NCBI RefSeq assembly: GCF_009914755.1
Contig: NC_060931.1
DNA length: 64,000 bases
Origin: the human T2T-CHM13v2.0 reference genome, Homo sapiens
Direction: 5' to 3' (one strand)
The notes beneath the pieces were generated by a model. The model searched no databases and was not told where the DNA came from. It saw only the letters and a program-made list of their open reading frames with translations. Below are positions 31,180 through 44,680 of this stretch, in pieces. Position numbers and translations under genes: made by a program. The number at the start of each line of letters is the position of its first letter. Position 1 is the first letter of the stretch.

Positions 31180-31375
31180 TAAGCCAGGTCTTGGATCTTG
31201 TTTAATCCTCACAATAATATTCTGAGGTGAACATTTTTATTATATTCATCTTACAGATGAGCCTCACAAAACCTGAGTAGCAAGACACAGTCGCAAAGCT
31301 AGTATATAGCTGCAGCAAGATTCAAATCCAAGTTGACCTAACTCCAAAGCCCACGCTCTTGGCCACTGTCCCATA
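31180..31375 (-). mobile_element. MIR SINE
   Basis: tttaatcctcacaataa...ttacagatgag...gattcaaatccaag. Confidence 0.7.
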
Positions 31376-31390
31376 CTGTTTTTAGTTTAA

Positions 31391-31689
<299 letters not shown>

Positions 31690-34600
31690 GAAAAAAATTT
31701 TTAATTAAAATACCCATCCAAAATTGGTCAAAGAATAAAGTGGTTCAATGAAGCTACAGTGAGCAAGTTTCATTTTCATTCTCTGAAAGAGTAACATGGT
31801 GCCACACCAGTTCAACAGGACACCGAGTGGAGCTAGAGAGCTTAGATTTTTTTTCCACACAAAATTTAAGTGTGTGCTTTTGAAAGTGGGAGAAATAGGC
31901 GTTTGCTTTCCTTCTTTTCTTAAACTGTCTGCTTTGGTATTTGGAGAATTCAGAGCTTGTATATTAAAGCCTAACTGAACTATATAAATACACACATAGG
32001 AAGAGGAGAACAAGACATTTTATTTGCAGAAAATAAAACAAAGCAAAAAATTGTGTTTTCTTTAGCATGGAGTATTAAAAGCCATAGAGCTCCAGCCTTC
32101 GAAAGCTATCAGTGCCAGGGCCTTCCATTAAAAACTGTAAAGACCAGTCTAGCTAGTCTAAACAGAAAAGGAATTTGTTAAAGGATATTGGGTGGCTCAC
32201 AGACTCTTTGGGAAAGCCAAGAGAGTTAAGCTTGGAAAGCCAGTCAGCTGAGAACAAGACTCAGTGAACAGTGTGAGATGGTTCCAGCAAGGACAATGGC
32301 CCTGCCGCTGGGCACAGACACTGCCCTCCTGCTGGAACATCTGCTGCTGCTAGCCCACTTGGCAATGGTCAGAGCGATTGCAGAAGTGGCTACAAATCCC
32401 TGTCCTCCTCTGTCCATCCACGCTCCCTTACAGGGAACTTTGAATGTCCTCCCAGCTGATTCTGGGCTCAGCTGCTGGGCCGACTTCATTCCTTTTTTCT
32501 GCGTGTGAGTTCAAAGTCAATACCAGATGGATTGTGAGCACGGACAGGAATGCTTTCCTGCACTGAGAAATACCTACTTCTCCCCATTGCCAGGCCCTTG
32601 GCTCCCACAGCTGTGGCTGTGTCTGCACACACAGGGCCTTTGTGTAGTCTGAATATGCCAGTTCCCACAAACCTCCAGCTGCGATTCCCTTTTTACCAAC
32701 CATTCCCATCTAAGGAGTCAAAGGACGAATCACATTGCAAGGGACAATGGGTGTACAGGCTTGCTGAGAGAGCTTGCTTCAAATCCATGAGATGAAGAGA
32801 CTCATGGGCAGTACGAGGCCATGGAGGCACTGCTGTTTTGGCAAAGAATGCTGGTCGTGACCACTTCCTTCTCTTTATTCTTCCTCAGAGTTCAACACTG
32901 GCCTTGCCCAAGTACCATGCTGAGAACTGGACCTCAGGAACTCCGACACACACGCCCTTTTCAGAAATTTGTAATTTCATCATTTCTTGACCAAATGACT
33001 CCAACCACAGAAAGGCACAAATTTTCCATTGGGATTTATTCTGCCCTCCCCTTTGGTGGGTATACTTTTTCTCTTTCTTGCTTTTGAAACCCCACTCATT
33101 ATGTGAAGTATAGGTTTTTCAAACTGATTTTAAAGTAAACTTGTTATTAAATATACACATCGTGTCTTTCTGTCTTCCTAACTCCACTTTATAGATTTGA
33201 GAATTGAGACACAGAACAGTCTATGGCTCAGAAAAGCTAAATTCAATTTTTATTTGGCCTACGGGCCCTAATCTGGGCTTTGAAGTCTAAAGATCTAGAA
33301 TTACCCACCGTCTTCCTACCCTCAGTCTGGTCAGACTCCGATGCATAAAGCTGGGAACCTCACTCCCCAAGCACCGGCAATCCAAGACTTCCCGTTTCTG
33401 GTTGCAATTGCAGGCTAGTAAATTTGGAGCACAGGATGGAACTATTTCTAGTACAGGCAAATAATTTGTAATAATTAAGAAGTATGAAGTTAATGAAAAG
33501 CAATTAACCCCATGGCAAGTTCGGCCATAAATTTTACTCCCAAAGTGAACGCATGATGCAGGTATGAGCCTTGATTTCAGATAAAGAAAAGAATGCAGAG
33601 CTATTATTAAATACAAAGTAAAACAACATGAAAAATGCCAGAAGATATAAAGAATGCAAGTAGGAGCCTGGGGGCAGAGGGAGGGAAGAGCTAAGAGAAG
33701 GCGGGGGCGGGAGGCGGTGGGGTGGGGGGGTGCGGTGGTGGAGGATGAAGGGAAGGGGAGACTGTTCCAGGGAGCTATGCCAATCTGATGCGGTCTCCAG
33801 GCTGGCTGATGCTGAGTGGAAGGGACGACAGAGCTTCCTCCTCCCCCAAGAGACCTGAACCTGGACTTCTACAGGCACCATTGAGCCCCCTCAGCCTCCC
33901 CACCCCACCCCTCACCCACCACAGGGAGGAGTCACATGGTGTTCCCCTTTTAAAGCAAGATTTAAAGAATTACTCCTCATTTCCTGGAACACTTGAGACC
34001 ACAGAGGAGTTGGCAGAGGCAGAGGAAAATCAAGATTTTTGGTAGAATAGGAAAGGGGCCAAAGAGGAGGGTGCCATCATGGCCCTTGTGTCTTTCCCTA
34101 CCAGGCAGAATCCTGGCAAAAGGCGTGGAGGGGCTTATCAGGCAGCCTGTGGTTGAAAAACCAACAAAGGATGCTTCAAGTTCTACTCATAGGTCCCGAT
34201 GACTAGGGAGGGATTTCTGCCTTTAAAAGATCAAAACAGGATTTGCTGTTAAGCCACCTGAGGTGCAGCTTGAATTAACACCTAATATGATCACCAGGTC
34301 TTCCCCAACCACTGAGAAAAAGCATCTTCCCTTGTTTCTGTCATGGATGTTCGAAATTCCTTTAATAAAAAGTCTTTACTGGAATCATTAGAGATAAAAT
34401 TTTAACAGCACATACCACTAAGGAACAGAGAATTCTGAAGACATTTACTCACAATGGAAAAGTAGTCAGTCAATGGAGGTTCCAGTAAACTTATTGGTGG
34501 CGGATTCCTCCTTGATTTGACAGTGAGAAAAGGGCTAAAGAGGAGGAGGAACTGTCTTTTTTAAGAAAGACCTGGAAAACTAAGTTATTGACTAGTTGAT

Positions 34601-36489
34601 GGTGCCAAGGGCTGGCCTTTTTTATCTTCAGCTGGGGTAGAGGAGAGAGAACAGTCCACCTGCAAGCTGGGTGTGAAGCTATCTTGTCGCGTTGGGCTGT
34701 TGGAGATAAATAACCTTGTGTATGCTTTTGTGGACGTTTTGGTGCTTTCTTTTGTAATGCTTTTTTTAAAAAAAAAGTGTTACTGGAGCATCCTCTAGCA
34801 TCGTTATTTGAGACGTATGTGTATAATGAGACACTTGGCAGCACGAGCGAATGAAGTGGAAGGGGACTGGGCACGAGGCGCTCAAGGTTTGGATTCTACC
34901 CCAGGCTCTGCTACCAACTGGCTGAATGACCTGCAGCCCATTACTTCATCTCTGAGACTTAATTCCCCAAAGCAGTGGCTCTAAATTAAGGTTTTCTTCT
35001 TTCTAAATCACAACCCTGTCTTTGAAAGCAGAGCTGCCCTGTGGAAATGAAGGAGGGGCCCCAGGACTCTGCCATTCAGCTCCCCACATCCTCCCCCTGT
35101 GTATGTGGTGCGTCATCAGAACCCTGGGCTGATTTGAACTGCACTGGCTCAGATGATGACTAAACACCCCTCCAGGTCATCAAAGAGTAGCTGCAGTTGG
35201 AGGAGCATCACTGACCACTTTGGGAAGCTGGCAGTCCTGTTTCAGTATGTGGCACAGGTCCCGTGAGCCTTATTCCGCGCTTGGGTTGCACATGGCAGCC
35301 AGGGAGCTGATGGGCTTTAGGTTCCCCCAGGGCGTGGATAATTTCTTTCTTGGCTGCGTGAGCTGCTGAAGGCATGGAAGTTCTAGGAATTTTTATTAAG
35401 AATTCTTTGATTAAGAATAGCTTCTAATCATTACATCCTCTACTAACAATCACATAACTTCCTGACTTCCAGTTCAGGTCCTCCTTGCTAGCCTAGGCTG
35501 CCTCTTGTTCTTTTCTATCTCTGCCATCCCACTGGAGCCTGAGAATAAATATTGTTTGACACTCTATGTCACAGATGACTTAAATGGTCAGAATAAACAT
35601 GTCTCCTGTATTCTCTAAGTGGAGGTATCACCCTTCCACCTCCTATTCCCATCAGATACAAGAGAGAACAAAGAGGAAACTGTGATCTTCTCCTATACCT
35701 GCTATTAAATTACTGAGTAGCCTTGGAGATACTTATGTCGAGCAACTTTTCAGTGCCCCTATGTCCCTTCTGTTGGCAAAAAGCCTTTACTGAGCACCTA
35801 CTCTTGGGGAAAGCAAATTATTAAGCACTAGATGGAATAAGAAGTGACATAAAAAATGAGAAGTAATGAAACTGCTTCTTTAAGCCTCCATAAAAATTAG
35901 AGTCAGGTCCAAAGCCACACCACACACAGGAGGGAAGCCCTAGAGACTCGTAAGCCTGGGAGTGGGGTGAGAAAATTGCATTTGGGCAAAATGGTCCTGC
36001 AAAAAATATGTAGGGAATCAGAGAAGACGAAACTCAAAACAAGGCCAACCATCTGAGTGCTGTAGAATCAACACTAGGAGAGCTGAGGACCCGGTCCTGG
36101 CATTACATCTCTCCCCCAGGAGAGGCAGCACCGAGCAATGGGAAGAATTGGGCCTAGGGGCTGAGGACTGAGAGACCCCAGGGGCTGGCACAAGTTCTGC
36201 ACTCAACTTCCTGACAACAGGCTCTACGATAAGGAGGAGAGCCTCGTGGTCTTTGAGCACTCCCTGGTACTTACAGTCTATAATTCCCTCCGTCATCAGC
36301 CTTTTTTAAAGAAAATAAACTTAATGTCCTCAGAAGAGTCACAAAGCCACTCGGCATCCTTCCTTTCATTCTCTGCATGCATTTTCATTTGTCCCCAGAT
36401 TCTTCTGGTCATCTTCCATGTTGATGGTTAAAAGTCATCAGAGCAGTCCCTGGTGGTGCAAAGCCCTACCTAAAAACACTGTGTAATAG

Positions 36490-36715
36490 TAACTCACACT
36501 TGTGTGGAACTAATTCTGTCTAAGCCCTGCTTGAGCACTTTATACATATTTGTGTATAAAGTAGGTACTAATATGATCCCATTTTACAGGTGAGAAAACT
36601 GAGGCACAGAGCCGTTAAGTAAGTTGCTCAAGGTCACACAGGGACAAGTGGCAAAGTTGGGCTTCAAAGCTGGGCAGTTTGTTCTGGAGCCCATGTGTTA
36701 AGCCACCATGTTTCA
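36490..36715 (-). mobile_element. MIR SINE
   Basis: cccattttacaggtgagaaaactgaggcacagag...ttgctcaaggtcacacag core. Confidence 0.85.
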
Positions 36716-38278
36716 CCACCTCTCCGTAATATGACAAATCATAATGGCAAAACCTCAATAACATGTATGGAAATTTCTTGGACATTCTGAACACAGAGAG
36801 TTTTGAGCCCTTAGGAAAGAGCCAACGCAACAAGGAAGTGGGTGGTGGAGTGTCTTAGAGTGTGCTAAGGGGCCTTAGAGGATGTCACAGCTATTGTGTA
36901 CATGCACTGCTGCCACTGTCTATTTCTCTCTAAAAATTAGCAGCTACAAAGAAACATGATCATTTTCAACTTAAAAAAAAAAAGGCCCGCAGCTATAGGA
37001 ATCTGGAAATAATCCCCTAACTCAAGGGACTGATTCATTGGTTTCAAAGGGATTGACCTTAAAGCTGGTATGTGAGTCGACTGAGGCCACTGGCAGGGAT
37101 GCTAACCATTTATGGAATGCATTTTTGGAAAGAATTAGGGGGAAAATCATGTTGTGTCTTACAAACCAATAATTAGGAATACAGCTCTAAGGGGCGAGCA
37201 TTAAATATCAAGTTTTCAGTATGCATAGTTTTTAAGGGAATCAGTTTGCCTTCTTCCTTCTCTTTCTTTTCTTTCTCAGATCTTACCCTAAGGATCAGAT
37301 TCAGGCCATACCGGATGTGCCCAAATCATTTCCATCTGACGCCCAGGACGACCCAGGAGGCCTGGCCTTGAGGAGCAGCTCCCACTGAGAGCTATTTGTG
37401 AAGGAACCAAGCTAGAACCGCGTCAATTGTTTCTGTTCAGCCTGGTCCTGGCCCCACTGGTATGGTCTTGCTGACTTCCTTCTGACAGCCGAGTTTTTAA
37501 AATGGGCTGCTTTACAGTGTGGCCACGGATTAAAATAAGAAAAAAGAAGCCCTTCATTTCTATTCTATTTCCCTCCCATGCCCTCCCTTTCCAGCATATA
37601 AGTAAAGTGCTTCTCACAGAGCAGAAGCTTACTGACAACAGATGGGGAAACTGAGGCACAGAGAGGTTGACTCATGTGTCCAGCTCTGCTTAATTTTTGT
37701 GTAACAAATTAAGAGACACAGAGCTCTCTGTCCAGAACAAAACTCCAGGTAGTTAACGGGGTGTTCAATCAAAAAGAGAACACTGGGCTTTTATTTTTAT
37801 TTACTTATTTCTTTAGAACCCCTTTGTGGCTATTTCTGGGAAAAGTGGTTGGAGCCCACCTGCCTGAGCCCAGGTTTTCACTGCTCCCCAAGACACAGAA
37901 AGAGAGCTGTTTAGTTCTGTATTCACCTCCACCTTGGCCAGATGTGATCAGACAAAACACACCTAGCAGAAAGGGTTTCCAGCTGCTCCCGAAGGCGGCT
38001 ACAGTAATTTCAAGGGTAGAAGTTGGACACACTCATGTTTACCAGGGAGGTCAGTGTCTAAACTGAAAGGAGACAGGGAGGTGTGACTGGCAGCCTCAGG
38101 CACTGGGCAGGGCATGCACAGAACCCCGCCTCTGTTCGAGGGGGGTTGGGGAGGGGACCTGCAACGAGTGGCTTGTTCTATCCTGAACAAGGGTTTTACC
38201 CCAGGAAGGGGCCTTAAAGATCTCTGCCTCCAACCTCCTAGTTTTTTTTCTTTTAATTTTAAATATGTAAAATTTTAA

Positions 38279-38597
<319 letters not shown>

Positions 38598-38698
38598 GAG
38601 AGATACTTTTTTAAAGAATAAAATGCTTCCATCAACTCAGATTCTTTGTTTTTGCTACTTAAATCAAGAGACTTTGTAGAGACCTGTTTTTCATGTCA

Positions 38699-38798
38699 CA
38701 CCAGCATGGCACATGTATACATATGTAACTAACCTGCACAATGTGCACATGTACCCTAAAACTTAAAGTATAATAAAAAAAAAAAAAGAAAAAAAAAA
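38699..38798 (+). mobile_element. Extreme 3' stub of a young L1 (L1PA2/L1HS-like) with poly(A)
   Basis: caccagcatggcacatgtatacatatgtaactaacctgcacaatgtgcacatgtaccctaaaacttaaagtataat followed by an A tail. Confidence 0.95.
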
Positions 38799-40586
38799 CC
38801 AATATGGTCAGTACTGGTCACATTCTAGCGTCTAGAAATCAAACAAATCACATCGAGAAGCACTGATTGAGCACCATGTATGTGCCCAACACAAGGAAAA
38901 TTGCCAAGTAGTGTATCCCTACAGTGGTTTGTAAACTTTCTACTTGGAATCATTTTAGCTTAGGAGGAGTTAAAACATGAGTCTAGAGGGTGGATATGTG
39001 CTCTTCACCCTGCTTTCCCCAATGATGACCTCATACATAACCATAATACATATATTATTGAAATTGGAAAATAACCCTCTACTTTTACAGATGAAAGAAT
39101 GCACACTCAGGGAGGCCAGGTGACTTGCCCCAGGGCACACAGTGAGTGAGGTAAGTTGGTGTCCCCCAGGCAGGCACACCCTGGTTGGTAATATCAAGGC
39201 TTTGTTTGAGTCCAGTTTCTGCCACGGATGAGCTGAGTGACATTAGACAATTTCCTTAAACTCATCTGTGAAATGGAGACAATAATAGTGCTTTCCTTGG
39301 GGGATTGTTCTGGGGACTAGGAAAAGGTGTGTGCAAGATTCTTGGCACAGTGCCTAAGGTGTAACAAGAATCCACCTGCATTGGAGGCTTGCTTTGTTCC
39401 GGTCATTGGTCTGGGTGCTTTATATGTTACACTATTTATTGCAACAACCCTGGAACCCATCATTATCAATTATTTTACCAATGGGAAAACTGAGGCACAA
39501 AGAAGTCAAAGGCTTAGTGAGGGGCAGAGATGGGGCCCAAAGTTGGGCTGAGTTGTGGAGCTCCTTGGCCTACCTTGGTCGAGGCTGAATGAACAGTGCT
39601 GCTGCAGTTGCCGTAAGCATGTTGCATCTCACCTGGATGCTCTGGCTTGCTGTGGTGGCTTCTCTTGAGCCATCTCTCTAGTGGCATCTGTGCATGAGTT
39701 TGGCTGCATGTGCAAACTCAGGACATTTAACTTTGGACCACCGTGAACTTTGTGGCTAACCAGATACTGCACTGACTTTACTCAACTCTTGGGCCTTTCA
39801 GGAGCTCAGTAATTATCCATTATGAGGCTCCTCACCTGCCCATCACTAGAAACTCCTTTCATTACCTCTTTTTCTCCACCTTTTGTGCCTCCTTTGTTTT
39901 AAAAGACTTTGCTATCGAACAACCTGCATTTTAAAATTAGTTTATCCATGCTTCCATTTTTAAAAAGTTATTCCAAGATATGTGCAATTGCCAATTAGAG
40001 ATATTGGGCAGCAAAAGATAACCAACCCCATCAAACTTGGTTAACAGAATTCTAGCCCAAAGCAAACAAAATTTGACATTTTAACGAGACTGTGCAGGCT
40101 TAGCAGGCAGGGGTAGGACTTCAATGTGACTTTTAAAATACTGAAAATAGTTGGAGGACTCCTAAGGGTTTAGGAATCCCAGGGACTTAATCCAGTCCCC
40201 AAAGATTCTAAAGATTCCAGAAAATCCTCCATAAAACATAAATACCCTTTATTATATGTGCTTTATGTTGGCCTAAATCCCTTTTTAAATATCTTAATCT
40301 CATTCTACCTTACAGTTTGATATTTACATGAGAGTCTCTAAAATACAAGGAAATCCAATTGCATTAAAATATTTCTATGCACATATGGTACCCAGGTGCA
40401 TAATAAAGGTAGACATCATTATCTTAAAAAGAGTGGCATGCAGTTTCTTCCCTGGTTATTCAATCTCTATCTACTCATATACTTTCCAGCATTTTCCCTC
40501 TCCCGTCCAGCCTTCAGCCCTACTTGCCGTCTTCCTTTTCCTTGCTATTAAGTTGGTGGTTCACTAAACTCTTACTAAACATGTGC

Positions 40587-41047
40587 TGTATTACTCCATG
40601 TTTTCCAGAGAAACAGAATCAACAAGATATTGATTCAATATATACACATATATATTTGGACATATACATATATATGGAGAGAGACAGAAAGATAGAGAGA
40701 CAGAGATTGATTCATTTTAAAAGAAAGTGTGGGAACTGCAAGTCTGAAATTTGCAGGCCCAGACCAGCAGGCTGGAAGTTCTGGCAAGAGGTGACATTGC
40801 AGACTTGAGTCTGGAGGCAGAATTCCTTCCCCTTTGTAGGGCCTCAGTCTTTTCTCTTAAGGCCTCCAGCTGATTGGATGAGCGTCACCCACATGATGTA
40901 TGGTAATCTACTCAAAGTCAACTCACTTAAATATCAATTATATCTTTTAAAATACCTTCTCTGCAACATCTAGGCTGATGTTTGACCAAACAACAGTGCA
41001 TGACGTTTGTTGTGCCCCCAAACTGACACATAAAATCAACCATCACA
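40587..41047 (-). mobile_element. MLT2 (ERVL) solo LTR
   Basis: tgtatt...ccagagaaacagaa...tgacacataaaatcaaccatcaca termini; imperfect 5-bp TSD tgtRc. Confidence 0.88.
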
Positions 41048-42011
41048 TGTACAGGCACTGTATTAAGCACTAGGGTGTAAAGATAAATATGACCCTGTCC
41101 TTAATCTTGAGGAGTTGATGATCAAATGGAGAAGGAAAGGCAGAAAGGAATCATTTTGGTAAATTCCATATTGAGGTATAGATGCAAAGCTGACAAAGGA
41201 GTTTGGCCTTGGGCCAGTATGAGAAGGCTACACTTTATTAGGTGCAATTTGAGCTGGCTCCTGAAGGCTGAGAAGAGGCTCGCCCCAAGGAAAGGCGTTC
41301 CAGTGATGGAGAAGCAAAAGGATTTGCACTACGTGGGCAACCGTGAATGGCTGGATGCGCTCATGTAAATAGGCAAGTTTTCTGAATAACCCAGCTGATT
41401 TCAAATCACGTTTAGCCATTCCTTGTTACAACATTCCTTCAAAAGAGTCATTTAGCTCAACAAACTCATTGTGGTCCTCTTTTAGACAGAAAGCTTCTCT
41501 TTCTCAGAAATGTAGCTGAGTGATGGTATTTTCCTTATAAGAAGAGACGTAGATCAGCTCACTGTCATTGTATCTGAACTCGGGGCTCTCCAGAAAGCAA
41601 CAATTCCTTTTAATTCCTCTCTTACCTCTTTTCATGCCTCAAATCCCACACACATACCTCAAATCCAAAATAATTCAACCATAGCCTTGTGCATTGATGT
41701 CACAGGGCTTTCCTCTACTGAGAGGTTGAGCACAAAATCTCTTTAATTCTCCACTCCTTTCAGACTATGAAATGATGTCTGTTGGTGAATTGTTTATACA
41801 TTCCAACAAAACAAGCCAACAAAAAAAAACTGAATGTAGTTGGCTCTTTTTTTCTCTCTGTGGATTTCAGAAAATTCCATTATGTTGCCAATTAGGCTTC
41901 CAAAATGGATGAACAATCTAAAAAAAAAAATCTAGACAGCAACATTATGTAGAGGAACAAGCACTATACTAGGAATCAGAAAAATGAGTTTTTCTTTTTA
42001 CTTGTTTAAAA

Positions 42012-42140
42012 CCCATTTATGCCTAGTGTTCCATTACTGGAACGCTGAGCACGTGGGAGTTATTTATATCCTACTGCTTAGGGTCATCACCAAGGTCTGA
42101 TTGCAAAAATTCAAAAATTGCAATCTCGGGTATAAATGGG
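42012..42140 (+). mobile_element. MER85 non-autonomous piggyBac (PGBD3-family) MITE
   Basis: TIRs CCCATTTATGCC...GGTATAAATGGG; TTAA at 42141-42144 (left flank TTAAAA); internal palindrome GTTCCATTACTGGAAC at 42028-42043; sits inside a MIR remnant. Confidence 0.92.
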
Positions 42141-42161
42141 TTAAATGTTCTCTTATTTTAA

Positions 42162-42689
<528 letters not shown>

Positions 42690-43039
42690 TAAAAAATATT
42701 TTTGGAAAATACTTAACTTCATGATTTGCCATATACATTATTTTTTACCTAATCCAGGACTGAAAATAGTTAATTTTTGTAGTTGACCATTCATGTGATG
42801 TTCTTTCTTTCCATCTGAAGGTAATGTGGAGGCGACATTAACATAACGAAAGCATGGAAGAAGTAGAAACGTCAGTCTTTAATACTGAGCTTCATAACTC
42901 TTCCTTCATATACATCATTGCCAAATCAATGTCGGCATTTCAAATTGCTTTGGGATAGCACACCAGCTTGAGAGGAGTTGAGGTGAAGCCTCTCCTTTTG
43001 GTCTTCCTGTTGAATAACTACACTGAAATTCACCAACAT

Positions 43040-43140
43040 AGTCAGTGGTGGGCTTTAGGCCACTGAATTAAACCAAGCTCACTGGCCCCATCTAGGGATC
43101 AAAAGCATTTAGCCCATGTTCTAACCATTGAATTAGACAT
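43040..43140 (-). mobile_element. Ancient tRNA-derived SINE head (MamSINE1-like)
   Basis: Reverse strand reads ctaattcaatggttagaacatgggctaa...ttgatccctagatggggccagtgagctt, resembling a tRNA-Ile-derived A/B-box head. Confidence 0.45.
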
Positions 43141-44489
43141 CAAAGGTCCAAAGTTCTGAGACTGGCTTAGAATAACCCTTTACCTCCAGGCGGCATAACC
43201 TCCAGAACATTCCTGGAGGATGAACTTTTGGCTTTCACCAGCCTGACTGTTAAGCCAGCCACCATGGAAGATGAAATGTCTCACCAGAAATCACTCCCAG
43301 GTGGCAGTTCGTGCCTGTTTCCTCTCACATGGCCATCATGGGACGTCATTCTGGAAATCATTCTGCAGCTGTATGAAACCAGGGCCAAAACCCATTCCCC
43401 TACCCTGGAAGCAAGGGAAATATGGATATGGGAGAAATGAAATTTACTGACTATTGGTGATGAGGTGCTGTTGTCAAGGGTAAGAACTGGGCAAAAACTT
43501 TAAGAGGCTGAACACCTTTTGTTTTATCAAGAAAACTGTGAAAAACCCAAGGCAAAACAAGCAAGAAGCAAAATGGCCAATAGTTTGTCTCCAGCCAGGC
43601 CTCTATAAAGACCAGGAGGAGCAGCCTCCCAGGAGTCAGGGAGATAGATAGGCTATCTTCTTGTCTAGTCACTGTGAGATGACAAGGTCACAGGGTCACT
43701 CAGCTTTGTTTGTAGAATCCTGAGCCCCCTAAATCCAGTCTTGGATAGGAGGAGTGGGGAAGAAGCTTTATGGAAGGAGGAGTCTTATCAAGATTCTGGG
43801 GGACCCGCAAGTGGCTCTGGGCCTGGGAACAGCCACTCTGCCATATTTGCTAAATACCTGTCACCAGCAGAATCCTGCTCTAGATGCTGAGAGGAGCTAC
43901 AAGGGCTATGAAAGTTCTCTCCATCATGGAGTTTGAGGTATGAATCGACCCAAAACCAGTCTGTAAAAATGCATGTGATCATGCATTTACTGTCCCCCTC
44001 AGCTGCATAGAAAGCTACACTAAAGCTACCCCTGCCACTCAAGGGTGGGACACACCTGCAACTTCAGAGTTGGAAAGCACCCACAGTAATCCCGTTGAAC
44101 AATCCTCTCCCCGATTTACAGAAGAAACAATACCCATGCAGTTGGGAAGAGGCAGCATGGGAAGAAGAACTCCAGGCTGCTGGAGCCCATGAGAGGTCCG
44201 GTCCCGCCCAGGCTGCCTGACTCTTCTTGTGAGTTAGGAGAAGGGAGTGAGAGAGGCCAGAATCCGACCATGTGAGCTTTAATCCCCTTTGTGATATAGT
44301 CTGTGCTTACAAATGGTTAAGACAGTGTGTGGCTTTGCCTCTTTTTCTGCCCACATGCTGACAATTTTGTTGAACAAAATTACAAGAATAGCACAAGGAT
44401 AACCTTTCCCCTGCCCTCTGCATGGGTCTTCCCGACATTGTTATGCTCGCCTGTCTTGTGCTATTAGATCAGCTTTCTTATTGCATCTA

Positions 44490-44680
44490 TGCATTGTGGA
44501 ACATTCTGGCTACAAGCCTGCGTGCTGGAGCCAGACTGCCTGGGTTCAAATCCCACCACTACCTCTGCTGGCTGTGACGTTTGGCAAGTTCCTTAACCTC
44601 TGTCTTCAGTTTTCTTGCCTGAACAGTAAGGAAGGGGATCAGATCCTCTCAAAGGTGCTGCTCAGCCCTGACATGATTGT
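44490..44680 (+). mobile_element. MIR SINE
   Basis: ctggagccagactgcctgggttcaaatccca...gctgtgacgtttggcaagttccttaacctct. Confidence 0.8.

Noticed and set aside
43040-43140. Functional tRNA gene
   Set aside because: Too degenerate to form a cloverleaf; better explained as a SINE relic.
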